The notes under the pieces: model-generated
Database searches by the model: none
Told to the model about the DNA's origin: nothing
The model's input: the letters and a program-made list of their open reading frames with translations, nothing else
NCBI GenBank assembly: GCA_964360065.1
Contig: CAYHTW010000003.1
Location: forward strand, 44,853 to 108,852
Direction: 5' to 3'
DNA length: 64,000 nt
DNA from: an uncultured Candidatus Saccharibacteria bacterium
Lineage (GTDB): Bacteria; Patescibacteriota; Minisyncoccia; UBA6257; Colwellbacteraceae
In this document: one piece after another, positions 20,200-29,510 of the stretch
Position numbering within the stretch: position 1 is the stretch's first letter
How the letters are laid out: every line of letters starts with the position of its first letter
Made by a program: the position numbers and the translations under genes

Positions 20200-21395
20200 T
20201 GATAGCTATCGGTCAGACGATTGACCTCTTCGTGCATTCTTATCTTTTCTAAGGCCTTGGATTCTATCTGCCTGATTCTTTCCCTGGTCACGTTAAAAAC
20301 TTTACCCACTTCTTCTAAGGTGTGGGTAACCCCGTCGGTTAGCCCAAACCTCATTTCCAATATCTTCCGCTCTCTCTCGGTTAAGTCTCCCAAAACTTTT
20401 TTGATCTGGTCTCTTAATAGTTCATGGCTAGTCAACTGTGAGGGAGATAAATTTTTATCGTCAGGAATAAAATCACCTCTAACTGATTTATCATCGTCTC
20501 CGATCGGGGCTTCCAGTGAAACCACGGTCTGCGAAACTTTTTCTATGTACCTGACTTTAGTTATGTCCAAGCCCATCTCAATAGCTACCTCTTCGGTTAA
20601 AGGTTCGCGCCCCAACTCTTGGGACAGTTTTCTCTTGGTCTGGGTGTATTTAGAAATAGTTTCCACCATGTGGACCGGGATTCTGATAGTCCTGGACTGG
20701 TCAGCTAAAGCTCTAGTAATAGCCTGCCTGATCCACCAAGTGGCGTAAGTGGAGAATTTAAAGCCTCTTCTGTAGTCAAACTTTTCTACAGCCCTGAAAA
20801 GACCTATATTGCCTTCCTGAATTAAATCGGAAATGTTTAAAGGGCCTCTGTTGATGTACCTCTTGGCTATAGAAACCACGAGCCTCAAGTTAGAATTAAT
20901 CAGCCTCGTCTTAGCTGCTTTATCTCCAGTCTCGGAGCGTTTGGCTAAGTCCTTCTCCTCCTGAGAAGTTAAAAGGGGGGTTCGGCCGATTTCCCTAAGG
21001 TACATTTGGATGTTATCCGGCACCTCACCTTCTATAATAGTCGCCTGCTCCAACTCTTTCTTACTGATTTCATCCGACGGCATCTGAATCAATGAATCAG
21101 CTTCAACAACTTTAATACCCGCCTGTTCCAAACGGTCATAAACTTCTTCTAAATACGGCAAATCTTTTTCCAGCCTAGGGAAATAGTCCATCATTTCCCA
21201 GCTGGTCACGAAACCTTTCGGCTTGCCTCTCCTAATGAGCTCCTGAAGAATGTCTTCTTTAGTCCCTAATTTTTTATCAGCCTTGGGTCTTTTAGATCCC
21301 TTAAGAGTCTTCCCAGCCTTAACCTTGGCCTTAGACTTAACAACTTTCTTGGCAACTTTAGCTTTTTTAGTTTTAGATTTCCCTTTTTTTGACAT
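20196..21395 (-). CDS. rpoD: RNA polymerase sigma-70 family factor, primary-like (RpoD)
   Basis: 399 aa; region 2 ([58 protein letters not shown]) and region 4 motifs, plus a Lys-rich N-terminus. Confidence 0.85.
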   Translation of the reverse strand: MSKKGKSKTKKAKVAKKVVKSKAKVKAGKTLKGSKRPKADKKLGTKEDILQELIRRGKPKGFVTSWEMMDYFPRLEKDLPYLEEVYDRLEQAGIKVVEADSLIQMPSDEISKKELEQATIIEGEVPDNIQMYLREIGRTPLLTSQEEKDLAKRSETGDKAAKTRLINSNLRLVVSIAKRYINRGPLNISDLIQEGNIGLFRAVEKFDYRRGFKFSTYATWWIRQAITRALADQSRTIRIPVHMVETISKYTQTKRKLSQELGREPLTEEVAIEMGLDITKVRYIEKVSQTVVSLEAPIGDDDKSVRGDFIPDDKNLSPSQLTSHELLRDQIKKVLGDLTERERKILEMRFGLTDGVTHTLEEVGKVFNVTRERIRQIESKALEKIRMHEEVNRLTDSYQ

Positions 21396-23118
21396 CTTCT
21401 ATTATTTTTATTTTTTTACAAATGTCGTCGAATTCCCTTAACTTAATCATCATATCCTCCGGAGAACTTTCTTCCTCCATACGGGTTATAATAGTGGCCA
21501 TTTCGCGCCTCTTGTTTCTTAAGTACTCCAGTTCTAACTCTTGGAATACTTTTTGGAGTTCTGTCTTTATAATTTCTTCATTGATATCCGCCTCCAGGCT
21601 TGAACGAAGTTCAATCATGTCCAATAAAGCTCTGGTGTCGTTTTCCAAAGATGATGTCTCGCCTTTAGCAAGGGCAAGATACGCCCCTTTATATCTCGGC
21701 GGAACGAAATCGGCATAAGCCTCTTCGTTATGATCGCCTGGGTGTATGCTCATTAAACTTAGCATTCTCAAGGTTACATTATCAAGCCGGCTGTACTTAT
21801 CTTTTTCTTTTTCTCCAACTGCCGGCTCCATCTTTTTAAATGTGTAAGCTTCTGCGTCTTTCAGTCTTTCCAATTCTTCGGCCAGCTCTTTTATTGGCAC
21901 GCTGGAACGATGAGAAAGTTCCCGGAGCCAATTGGCCTGGTCTATCATATTCCAAAGATTTTTTATTTTAGCTAGTAATGTCATCACCACGGCCTTAGAG
22001 GGCCGGCCTTCAGATCCGGCCAAATACCTTTCAAAATAATATTCCATAGCCGGAGTCGGAGCTTTCATGGCTTCCATAACTGCAGTTAGATCTTTTTCTG
22101 CCGCTTCGGCCGGGTCTTTATAGTCCCCGAAGTCCAGCACAAACGGAGTTAAGTCGGAGGCTCCAGCCAAATCTATGGCACGTTCTGCCGCCAAAATGCC
22201 GGCAGAATCTTTATCAAAGGTAATGACAAGATTATCGGCAAATTTCTTCAGAGTACTCAAGTGGTCCGTAGTTAAAGCCGTTCCCGAAGTAGCTGCCAGA
22301 TTTTTTATGCCAGCCTGCCAGAGCATCAAAAAATCCATCTGGCCTTCCACCAAAAGCGCTGTCTTAGTTTCTCTTATCTCGCTTTTACTCTTCCAAAAAC
22401 CGTAAAGCAGACGGGATTTATTAAATATGGGAGTCTCGGGACTATTAATATACTTGCCCATCTCTCCGTTATCCAATTCCGGCAAAATACGACCTGAAAA
22501 ACCAACTACCTTGCCGGAATGATTATGAATCGGGAACATTATTCTGCCCCGAAAACGATCTATGTATTTATTTGATTTCTCGGACTTGAAAACCAATCCG
22601 GCTCTCACTAGATCGCTTACGGCAAAACCCTGCGCGACTAAATGAACCGTCAAGGCGTCGAAGCTGTTAGCGGCAAAACCTATTTCAAATTCCGCGATTG
22701 TTTCGCGGTTAAGCTTCCTCTCCTTTAAATATTCCTGGGCTCTCTCTGAATTTTCTAGCTCGTTGTTCCACACCTCGGCTGCCGCGGCATTGATGTCGTA
22801 AAGAATACCGAATTGCTTCTGGTCGGTTGGGCTAAGTCTCCTTAACTCCACGCCGGCCTTCTCGGCGAGTACTACAAGCGCCTCCGAGAATTCAATATTC
22901 TCGTACTTCATTAAAAACTTAAAGATATCGCCACCCTCGCCGCAACCGAAACAATGCCAAATCTGCTTTTCGGTGGAGACTATGAAAGAGGCGGTTTTCT
23001 CCTGGTGGAAGGGGCAGTTAGCTTTAAAATTACGCCCTGCAGGCCTTAAATCAATGTATTCCCGTAAGACTTGAACAATATCAAGCTTTGATTTTATTTC
23101 TTCTGAAGGTAAGGCCAT
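21373..23118 (-). CDS. dnaG: DNA primase DnaG
   Basis: 581 aa; zinc-binding domain [11 protein letters not shown]...[11 protein letters not shown], a TOPRIM domain (LLVEGQMD...TFDKDSAG) and a C-terminal helicase-interaction domain. Confidence 0.9.
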   Translation of the reverse strand: MALPSEEIKSKLDIVQVLREYIDLRPAGRNFKANCPFHQEKTASFIVSTEKQIWHCFGCGEGGDIFKFLMKYENIEFSEALVVLAEKAGVELRRLSPTDQKQFGILYDINAAAAEVWNNELENSERAQEYLKERKLNRETIAEFEIGFAANSFDALTVHLVAQGFAVSDLVRAGLVFKSEKSNKYIDRFRGRIMFPIHNHSGKVVGFSGRILPELDNGEMGKYINSPETPIFNKSRLLYGFWKSKSEIRETKTALLVEGQMDFLMLWQAGIKNLAATSGTALTTDHLSTLKKFADNLVITFDKDSAGILAAERAIDLAGASDLTPFVLDFGDYKDPAEAAEKDLTAVMEAMKAPTPAMEYYFERYLAGSEGRPSKAVVMTLLAKIKNLWNMIDQANWLRELSHRSSVPIKELAEELERLKDAEAYTFKKMEPAVGEKEKDKYSRLDNVTLRMLSLMSIHPGDHNEEAYADFVPPRYKGAYLALAKGETSSLENDTRALLDMIELRSSLEADINEEIIKTELQKVFQELELEYLRNKRREMATIITRMEEESSPEDMMIKLREFDDICKKIKIIEDVKKREI

Positions 23119-23170
23119 CGCCCCTAAATATAACGCTTCGGTTCGCAGTTTACAAAAGGTTCAATACTCT

Positions 23171-23632
23171 TTATCTGAAAGGCTTAGCGGGAATCGTAGA
23201 ATTGGCTTTAAAGAGTTCTGGGTCAATGGTACGGGTAAAGCAGACATTTCCCTTAGAATGAGGCCACTTTGATTCCACTCCGTAGGTTACCGGAGTCGGG
23301 TAAGCTTGATTGGCAACATTCTCGGTTGAAAAGTCTGCGCAAAGTTTAAATTGATACTGCCCCAAAACTTCGTAGGTATAATCTTTATTATTTTCAGTAT
23401 CTCTAGGAACAGTGAAATAATTTAAATCGTTATTAAGCTCAACTAACTTGTCGGGCAATTTACTTTTTTGCTGCCAATAATTAATTATCTCGTTCTGTAT
23501 TGAAGAGAGATCATTAATTCTCTTTTCATCAAGCTTCTCTAACCTTCTATCGGCTGGAGACCCTATAAAAAAGAAACTGGCGACAACGGCCGCGGCTACA
23601 ACGAGACAAACTGCCCAGGCAAAATATTTCAT
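23171..23632 (-). CDS. Hypothetical secreted/anchored protein (153 aa)
   Basis: N-terminal hydrophobic segment; no known family. Confidence 0.45.
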   Translation of the reverse strand: MKYFAWAVCLVVAAAVVASFFFIGSPADRRLEKLDEKRINDLSSIQNEIINYWQQKSKLPDKLVELNNDLNYFTVPRDTENNKDYTYEVLGQYQFKLCADFSTENVANQAYPTPVTYGVESKWPHSKGNVCFTRTIDPELFKANSTIPAKPFR

Positions 23633-24133
23633 TTATTCAGTCTTATATTTTTTAAGATCGGAGAAGTAATAACCGAAGATAAAGCCTACCACTGCCAAAA
23701 AGGTTATCACCTTGAAAATAAATCTGGCCGTAATCTCTCCGCTTAGGAAAGTATTAATTAAAACTATAAAGTCCCCCATAATAATGACGGCGGCTAAAAA
23801 GAGTGTGAAATAAACCAACCATTTCCTAATCCTCACGTTCCTCTTCTCGGGATTATTCACGTACTCTTTGTTCATATACCAAAGAGAGGCCACGTAAACC
23901 GGGAAAGCGACTACAAGAGATGAGACAGCGAAACGAATAGTGTCATAAGCTGACTTAAGCGGATTGTAATAATTATTTGAGTCTAAAGTATCGGGGAAGA
24001 AGATATTAATGTATTGAAAAATAAGAACTATGAAGCTAGCGGAGGCTATATATAAGGCGAACGTTGAGAGTAAGTTTAAGAAAAAATCCTTGGGCGACGC
24101 TTTAGGTGCCTGAGGCTTAATTTGATTTTCCAT
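23633..24133 (-). CDS. Hypothetical 4-TM membrane protein (166 aa)
   Basis: Four predicted TM helices; resembles small DUF-type membrane proteins common in CPR genomes. Confidence 0.45.
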   Translation of the reverse strand: MENQIKPQAPKASPKDFFLNLLSTFALYIASASFIVLIFQYINIFFPDTLDSNNYYNPLKSAYDTIRFAVSSLVVAFPVYVASLWYMNKEYVNNPEKRNVRIRKWLVYFTLFLAAVIIMGDFIVLINTFLSGEITARFIFKVITFLAVVGFIFGYYFSDLKKYKTE

Positions 24134-24256
24134 AATTAAGATGTATTGTCCATGTTTGTATCATTTATAACAAAGCCTTAAACCCTACCATATTATTATA
24201 CAATATCTCTAAACTTTCTTGTAGATAACCTAGAAATAAATCACATAGCATTCTAC

Positions 24257-25321
24257 TCACCTTACTAGGTCAAAGCTCTTGCCCGAAACTATAGCCGAAG
24301 AGATTTCAGAGGGCAAAGCACCCGAAATTAAATCTTCTATAACCTTCTCGGCAACATCTTCCGAGGCTAATGAAACCTCACTGTGGTTGATGGAAAGTGG
24401 CAACAGGCTAAAACTAACTTTATCTTGGCCAATTTCTACCCGCACTGCCAATCCCCGTGTTGTCTTTACTGAAAAATTCTGGTCAAAGATAAAATTACCC
24501 AGAGAATAAAAGATGACCTTACCTTTATATATTTCTAAAGGCTCTACTACATGAGGATGAGCGCCGAAAATAGCATCCACTCCAGCATCTATAAGGATGT
24601 GGGCTAGGGCCTGTTGCTCTAGTGAGGGCTGGAGCTCGTACTCCACTCCCCAATGAGCCACGAGTATTAGATAAGAACATTGGGGTTTAATTCTTTCTAT
24701 CTCTTTGATGACGGAGGCAGTATTAGGATCATAAAGAGAATGGTAGCCAACTAAACAGATATTCTGATTTTTTATTTTTAATTCACCTGAAATATTTACA
24801 TTATTCAAAGTCGAACCAAAAGAAACTATTCCCGCTTTTCTTAAATAATTTACAGTCTTCAGGTAACCGCTGTTCCCGAAGTCCAAGGAATGGTTATTAG
24901 CGGAACTTAAGGCGGTAAACCCGACGCTCTTTAGCCATTCGGCATAGTGCGGGTCAAAAGTGAAATTAAAAATAGAGTTGTCGGGTATCGCTACTGATTT
25001 CTCGTTAGTTATTGTACCTTCCAAGTTACCCACTACTGCATCCGATCCCCTGAAGATGTCACTCAATCCCATAGCCAAAGAAGCATCTCCGTAGTTTTTG
25101 GCCCGTATAGCTACTCCCCGATCCAACATCACGTCTCCAGTGAAAATTATCTTAGGATTATCGGCTTTCAGTTCTTGTGTCTCAACAGGAACAGCAGGAA
25201 TGTCCCCGGCTTTACCGGACGACGCGATAAGCAATGTTAAAGGAACCAAAATAATAACCAAAAGCAACAATCCCAAAAGAAAACCTTGCGCTACAGCTTT
25301 TTTGATATCATGTTTATTCAC
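24257..25321 (-). CDS. CapA/PgsA-family metallophosphatase (poly-gamma-glutamate synthesis CapA-like), membrane anchored
   Basis: The ORF track gives 24257-25420, but the first ~19 codons overlap tRNA-Ser. A likely true start is the in-frame GTG at 25319-25321 (VNKHDIKK... followed by a TM anchor). The C-terminal half has the CapA motifs VAHWGVEY...IDAGVDAIFGAHPHVV...FYSLGNFIFDQ. Confidence 0.7.
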   Translation of the reverse strand: MNKHDIKKAVAQGFLLGLLLLVIILVPLTLLIASSGKAGDIPAVPVETQELKADNPKIIFTGDVMLDRGVAIRAKNYGDASLAMGLSDIFRGSDAVVGNLEGTITNEKSVAIPDNSIFNFTFDPHYAEWLKSVGFTALSSANNHSLDFGNSGYLKTVNYLRKAGIVSFGSTLNNVNISGELKIKNQNICLVGYHSLYDPNTASVIKEIERIKPQCSYLILVAHWGVEYELQPSLEQQALAHILIDAGVDAIFGAHPHVVEPLEIYKGKVIFYSLGNFIFDQNFSVKTTRGLAVRVEIGQDKVSFSLLPLSINHSEVSLASEDVAEKVIEDLISGALPSEISSAIVSGKSFDLVR

Positions 25322-25362
25322 GAAACTAAAAACAGTATACCAAAAGGCATACTGATTTTCAT

Positions 25363-25452
25363 TGGCGGAGGGTGAGGGATTTGAACCCTCGATGAGATTG
25401 CTCCCATACCATCTTTCCAAGATGGCGCACTAGACCACTATGCGAACCCTCC
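25363..25452 (-). tRNA. tRNA-Ser (anticodon GGA), 90 nt with long variable arm, encoded CCA
   Basis: Manual fold of GGAGGGTTCGCATAGTGGTCTAGTGCGCCATCTTGGAAAGATGGTATGGGAGCAATCTCATCGAGGGTTCAAATCCCTCACCCTCCGCCA. Acceptor GGAGGGT/ACCCTCC, anticodon stem CCATC/GATGG with loop TTGGAAA, long variable arm, T-arm GAGGG-TTCAAAT-CCCTC. Confidence 0.85.
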
Positions 25453-25589
25453 TTGTCTTATCCGCGCCAAACCCCTCCTGCCGGCAGATAGGACAGCGCG
25501 AACCCTCCTAAATAATGACTAATTTACTCTAGCTCATCATTCTGAAGCAATCAATAATAAAGCCATGAAGTAAAAAGACACGCCTTGCG

Positions 25590-25622
25590 GAGTGTCTTTT
25601 ATGATAGATTATCGAGATTAGG
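25590..25622. terminator. Bidirectional rho-independent terminator AAAAAGACAC-GCCTTGCGGAG-TGTCTTTT
   Basis: Stem AGACAC/GTGTCT flanked by an A-run upstream and a T-run downstream. It sits at the 3' end of the small minus-strand ORF 25618-25803. Confidence 0.55.
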
Positions 25623-25803
25623 CCAGGATAGGAATGGAAATGGTGTTGAAACCAAACATCGAAGCAGTCTCGGGGTCTGCCTTGCAGTCCTTACGAGCTT
25701 GCACGAATGCCCTCTTCTGATCCTTAACCTTGGAACCTGATAATTTCGCAGCACGACTTGCAGTTAGCAAACATGAGCGATCGTTGTATACATCCTTATA
25801 CAT
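25618..25803 (-). CDS. Small ORF (61 aa), or alternatively a ~230-nt small RNA, expressed from a consensus promoter
   Basis: The only open frame between a near-consensus promoter and a strong terminator. No obvious Shine-Dalgarno and no homolog recognised, so coding status is uncertain. Confidence 0.3.
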   Translation of the reverse strand: MYKDVYNDRSCLLTASRAAKLSGSKVKDQKRAFVQARKDCKADPETASMFGFNTISIPILA

Positions 25804-25835
25804 ACGTATTGTAATTATTAAATAACTAATAATAA

Positions 25836-25870
25836 TTTCATTATACCATAATAACAGATTCTTGTCAATA
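25836..25870 (-). promoter_or_regulatory. Near-consensus sigma-70 promoter (minus strand): TTGACA - 17 nt - TGgTATAAT
   Basis: Reverse complement of 25836-25870 reads CTATTGACAAGAATCTGTTATTATGGTATAATGAA, i.e. -35 TTGACA, a 17-nt spacer, and an extended -10 TGGTATAAT. It points at the small ORF. Confidence 0.55.
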
Positions 25871-25895
25871 GTAGTCTAATCCTAGAATAAAAAAG

Positions 25896-25926
25896 TCACA
25901 AAAAGCCCCCTTTTAGATGGGGTTTC
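25896..25926 (-). terminator. Likely rho-independent terminator downstream of htpX (CCCCATCTAAAAGGGGG + U-run on minus strand)
   Basis: Minus-strand sequence GTGAAACCCCATCTAAAAGGGGGCTTTTTGTGACTTTTTT, immediately 3' of the htpX stop. Confidence 0.45.
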
Positions 25927-25953
25927 ACTATATTTACTTGAGGCAAAAGGGTA

Positions 25954-26844
25954 TTAAATTTTCATTCCCCTCAAGGCCGCAATTCTTTCCTCCGTTGGAG
26001 GATGAGTCATAAATAGTTTGGCGAAAAACGGAGTTTTCTTTTTATTCTCAAAAGGATTTTCAATCCATAAGTGAGCCGTAGTGTTATTGGCTCTGCGCAT
26101 CGGAGTCGTATCTTTGGCCAGCTTTTCGAGAGCGCTCGCTAATCCTTCCGGGTAACGAGTGAGAAGCGCTCCAGAAGCGTCTGCTAGAGATTCTCTTTTC
26201 CTTGAAATGGCGAACTGTAAAAGCATGGCGGCAAGTGGAGCAAGTATTGACAGGGCAACGGCTATAATCAGCATAACGGGCGGTGTATCCCTATTGCTAT
26301 TACTTCTGCCGAAAAACATAGATCTCTGAAACATATCGGCAAGTATGGAGATAAATCCAACTAGGATAACGGCCGCGGTTCCTAGTAGCATATCGCGGTT
26401 CCCGATGTGTGACATCTCGTGAGCCAACACGCCCTCAAGTTCTGACTTATCCATTGTTTGGAGCAAGCCTTCGGTCACGGCAATCACAGCATGTTGCGGA
26501 TCCCGTCCAGTCGCAAAAGCGTTCGGCGACTTCTCGGGAACCAAATAAATTTTAGGAGTTGGCAACCCAGCTGTGATGGCCAGGTTCTCCACAATTCGGT
26601 AAAGTTCCGGCGCGTTGTCCATAGTCACTGGTTTCGCGGCATACATAGAAAGAACAATTCTGTCGGAATACCAATAACTGACAATGCTCGTTACAACACT
26701 GAAGGTGACAGCAAAGAAAAGAATACCTGAATTACCATAAACCTGGGAAAAAATATAACCGATACCGATAACAGACGACAAAAATACGGTGAAAAGAAGC
26801 CAGGTTTTCCTGATATTGGAATCCTTATGCGTGTAGATAGACAT
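25954..26844 (-). CDS. htpX: Zinc metalloprotease HtpX (M48 family)
   Basis: 296 aa, N-terminal TMs, and the HEXXH motif in VLAHEMSHIGNRDML. Confidence 0.9.
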   Translation of the reverse strand: MSIYTHKDSNIRKTWLLFTVFLSSVIGIGYIFSQVYGNSGILFFAVTFSVVTSIVSYWYSDRIVLSMYAAKPVTMDNAPELYRIVENLAITAGLPTPKIYLVPEKSPNAFATGRDPQHAVIAVTEGLLQTMDKSELEGVLAHEMSHIGNRDMLLGTAAVILVGFISILADMFQRSMFFGRSNSNRDTPPVMLIIAVALSILAPLAAMLLQFAISRKRESLADASGALLTRYPEGLASALEKLAKDTTPMRRANNTTAHLWIENPFENKKKTPFFAKLFMTHPPTEERIAALRGMKI

Positions 26845-26852
26845 TAAAAATT

Positions 26853-27413
26853 CTAAAACTGTACCTTAACGGGGGCTTTTTCGGCATCGTTCGTAGTCTC
26901 AAAGAATTTTTCTTCTTGGAAACCAAAAGTGTTGGCTATAATGTTAGTTGGGAAGGTGCCTATAGCGGTATTTAAATCCATAATAGTGCTGTTGTAGAAA
27001 CGGCGAGAAGCCTGGACTTTATTTTCCGTATCGGATAATTCTTTCTGTAACTCAATGAAGTTAGTACTAGCTTTAAGGTCCGGATAGTTTTCAGCCACGG
27101 CGAATAGAGTCTTTAAAGTTCCGCTAAGCATATTTTCCGCCTTGTCTCTTTCTAGCGGGCTGCCACTATTACTGGCTACGCTCGCCCTAGCTCGGGTAAC
27201 ATTTTCCAAAACTCCCTTTTCATGAGAGGCATAACCCTTAACTGTTTCTATCAAATTCGGTATCAAATCAAATCTCCTCTTCAGTTGCACATCTATATCC
27301 GATACAGCCTCTTTGGCACGGAACCTTAAGCTAATCAGCCTGTTGTAAATAATAACCACCCACAAAATTAGGATGACTACGAATGCTATTAAAACATTAG
27401 TTGTATTAAACAT
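26853..27413 (-). CDS. lemA: LemA family protein
   Basis: 186 aa, N-terminal TM, conserved LemA core (RLISLRFRAKEAVSDIDVQLKRRFDLIPNLIETVKGYASHEKGVLE...AENYPDLKAS). The LemA-HtpX gene pairing is common. Confidence 0.85.
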   Translation of the reverse strand: MFNTTNVLIAFVVILILWVVIIYNRLISLRFRAKEAVSDIDVQLKRRFDLIPNLIETVKGYASHEKGVLENVTRARASVASNSGSPLERDKAENMLSGTLKTLFAVAENYPDLKASTNFIELQKELSDTENKVQASRRFYNSTIMDLNTAIGTFPTNIIANTFGFQEEKFFETTNDAEKAPVKVQF

Positions 27414-27424
27414 TTATTTTTATC

Positions 27425-29059
27425 TTAAAAATCGCCTGGCATGCCGCTCATGCCTCCGCCCGGAGACGGGTTTTTCTTTTCCGGAATTTCTATCATAGCC
27501 GCCCCTATCGTCAAATAAGTGGCGGCTACCGAAACTGCATTTATAAAAGCTGTCTTGGTGACTTTAAGAGGATCAACTATACCGACTTCCTTCAAGTCTC
27601 CAACCTGGTTAGTCACAGCGTTAAAACCGGTCCAGGCGCTATTCGTTCTAGTCCTTTCTTTCACGACTTCGGATACAACCCTCTCCGCTGACTGGCCGCT
27701 ATTTTCCACTATGGCTTTAAGTGGTGAGAGCAAAGTTTTTTGGAGTATTTCTCTTGCGGCTTTGCCAATAGCGTTATCTGACTCCTTAAGCTTCACTCCA
27801 AATAGAGCCATGCCTCCACCAGGAACAATACCCTCTTCCATGGCGGCGCGGGTAGCGGAAACTGCGTCCTCTACTCTCTGTTTTAATTCTTTCTGGGCGG
27901 TTTCGGTAGGAGCCCCTACTTTAATAATCGCTACGCCGCCGGATAATTTACCCAAACGTTCCTGCAACTTCTCTTTATCAAAATCGGAATCTGTTTTCTG
28001 TATCTGACTTTTCAACTGACTGATACGTTTCTGTATTTCTTCTTTACTGCCCCCGCCGTCAACAATTGTAGTGTTGTCTTTATTGGATACCACACGCCTG
28101 GCCTTACCTAGAGATGCAATATCTACGGTACTTAGCTTCTTACCCAAATCTTCGGAAATAAGTTCGGCTCCGGTCACAACCGCGATGTCCTGCAACATTT
28201 CTTTCCTTCTGTCGCCGAATCCTGGAGCTTTAATCGCCAAGGCGTTAAATATGCCTCTGATTTTATTGACTATTAGAGTTGCTAAGGCTTCGCCATCAAT
28301 ATCTTCGGCAATAATCACCAATTCCTTTCTGCCACTTTGAATCATTTTTTCCAGCAACGGCAATAAATCACTAATGGAAGAAATCTTTTTATCCGTTACT
28401 AAGACGTATGGATTATCCAAGACTGCCTCCATCTTGTCCGGATTAGTTATCAAGTATTGAGAAACAAACCCTCTATCAAATTGCATTCCCTCTACGATTT
28501 CGTGGGAATTGCCAATTGTATTAGAGTCTTCCACGGTCACTACTCCTTCTTTGCCGATCTTATGCATCACTTCCGCTATAAGTTTGCCAATGTTGGAATC
28601 CTTGGCAGAAAGCCTAGCAACCTCTTCAATCTTCCCTTGGTCGTTAATAACTTCTTTCTGCTTTTCCAGTTCCGCCACCACTTCCTCGGAAGCCCGCCTA
28701 AGCTCTTCTGCTAGCTGAATAACATTAAAACCTTTTTCTCTGATAGCTTTCTCTCCCTCTTCTATGATGGAATGTGTCAGAACGACAGCGGTAGTTGTGC
28801 CGTCTCCGACATTGTCATTAGTCTTCTCGGCAGCTTGCTTGATAAAACTGGCTCCCAAGTTTTCATACTTATCTTCCAGTTCAACTTCTTTGGCAACTGT
28901 AACTCCATCAAAAGTTACCTGCGGAGCGCCGTAGCTTTTTTCTATAACCGCGGCCCGCCCTCTGGGCCCTAAAGTCATCCTGACGGCCTGAGCTAGTTTA
29001 TCTATTCCCTTCTTCAGCGATTCTCTCGCTTTTTCGTCAAATTTAATTTCTTTTGCCAT
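27425..29059 (-). CDS. groL: Chaperonin GroEL (60 kDa)
   Basis: 544 aa; [39 protein letters not shown]..., GDGTTTA, and a C-terminal GGM-type tail. Confidence 0.97.
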   Translation of the reverse strand: MAKEIKFDEKARESLKKGIDKLAQAVRMTLGPRGRAAVIEKSYGAPQVTFDGVTVAKEVELEDKYENLGASFIKQAAEKTNDNVGDGTTTAVVLTHSIIEEGEKAIREKGFNVIQLAEELRRASEEVVAELEKQKEVINDQGKIEEVARLSAKDSNIGKLIAEVMHKIGKEGVVTVEDSNTIGNSHEIVEGMQFDRGFVSQYLITNPDKMEAVLDNPYVLVTDKKISSISDLLPLLEKMIQSGRKELVIIAEDIDGEALATLIVNKIRGIFNALAIKAPGFGDRRKEMLQDIAVVTGAELISEDLGKKLSTVDIASLGKARRVVSNKDNTTIVDGGGSKEEIQKRISQLKSQIQKTDSDFDKEKLQERLGKLSGGVAIIKVGAPTETAQKELKQRVEDAVSATRAAMEEGIVPGGGMALFGVKLKESDNAIGKAAREILQKTLLSPLKAIVENSGQSAERVVSEVVKERTRTNSAWTGFNAVTNQVGDLKEVGIVDPLKVTKTAFINAVSVAATYLTIGAAMIEIPEKKNPSPGGGMSGMPGDF

Positions 29060-29137
29060 ATTTATATAAATTTATTTTAATTTATCTACAAATATGAGCA
29101 TCCCGCACTCGTCAGAGTTGCGGGGTGCCATACTTAT

Positions 29138-29431
29138 TTATCCTTCTATCACGGCCAATATATCGTCTTCGTCTCCAATCAGATACTTTTTTCCGCTTAC
29201 CTCCGCTTCTCGCAGACCATATTTCCTGACTAGAACTTTATCTCCAACTTTAACGGCCATAGGTACTCTCTCATTTTTATCATTCAGTCTTCCCGGGCCC
29301 ACAGCCACAACTTCAGCTTGGACAGGGTCTTCGTTGCCGACCGTGTCGGGTATAAAAATGCCTGACTTGGTAACTTTCTCTTCCACGGGCAATTCCAAAA
29401 ATACTTTATTAAAAAGGGGTCTTAAATTCAT
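29138..29431 (-). CDS. groS: Co-chaperonin GroES (10 kDa)
   Basis: 97 aa; MNLRPLFNKVFLEL...AEVVAVGPG... is typical of GroES. Confidence 0.95.
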   Translation of the reverse strand: MNLRPLFNKVFLELPVEEKVTKSGIFIPDTVGNEDPVQAEVVAVGPGRLNDKNERVPMAVKVGDKVLVRKYGLREAEVSGKKYLIGDEDDILAVIEG

Positions 29432-29437
29432 ATCAAC

Positions 29438-29486
29438 AACTTAAGATTTGTAGAGCGCATTGTCAAGGTTTTTAGGGTTCGCTCTA
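29438..29486 (-). promoter_or_regulatory. Putative groES promoter (-35 TTGACA, 17 nt, -10 TAAGTT) overlapped by a 9-bp inverted repeat TAGAGCGCA-N18-TTCGCTCTA
   Basis: Minus strand reads TTAGAGCGAACCCTAAAAACCTTGACAATGCGCTCTACAAATCTTAAGTTGTTGATATG(groES). The IR arms are at 29451-29459 and 29478-29486, and the -35 lies inside the spacer. Confidence 0.4.
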
Positions 29487-29510
29487 AACAGTAACTTCCG
29501 TCACTTACAC

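Noticed and set aside
20221-20748. 175-aa plus-strand ORF
   Set aside because: Antisense to the well-supported rpoD, with Ser/Leu-rich low-complexity translation.
25590-25830. SRP RNA / 6S RNA / tmRNA / RNase P RNA identity for the promoter-terminator unit
   Set aside because: I could not find the SRP domain IV motif, tRNA-like tmRNA ends or the RNase P P4 sequence. It is left as an unidentified small ORF or sRNA.
25453-25953. Integrated mobile element at tRNA-Ser
   Set aside because: Only a 56-nt interval separates the duplicated 11-mer, and there is no integrase or recombinase. At most this is a scar. It is kept as part of a finding at lower interest.
29432-29510. CIRCE (HrcA operator) upstream of groES
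   Set aside because: The sequence TTAGCACTC-N9-GAGTGCTAA is not present. Only a different 9-bp IR is present, and it is reported as a finding instead.
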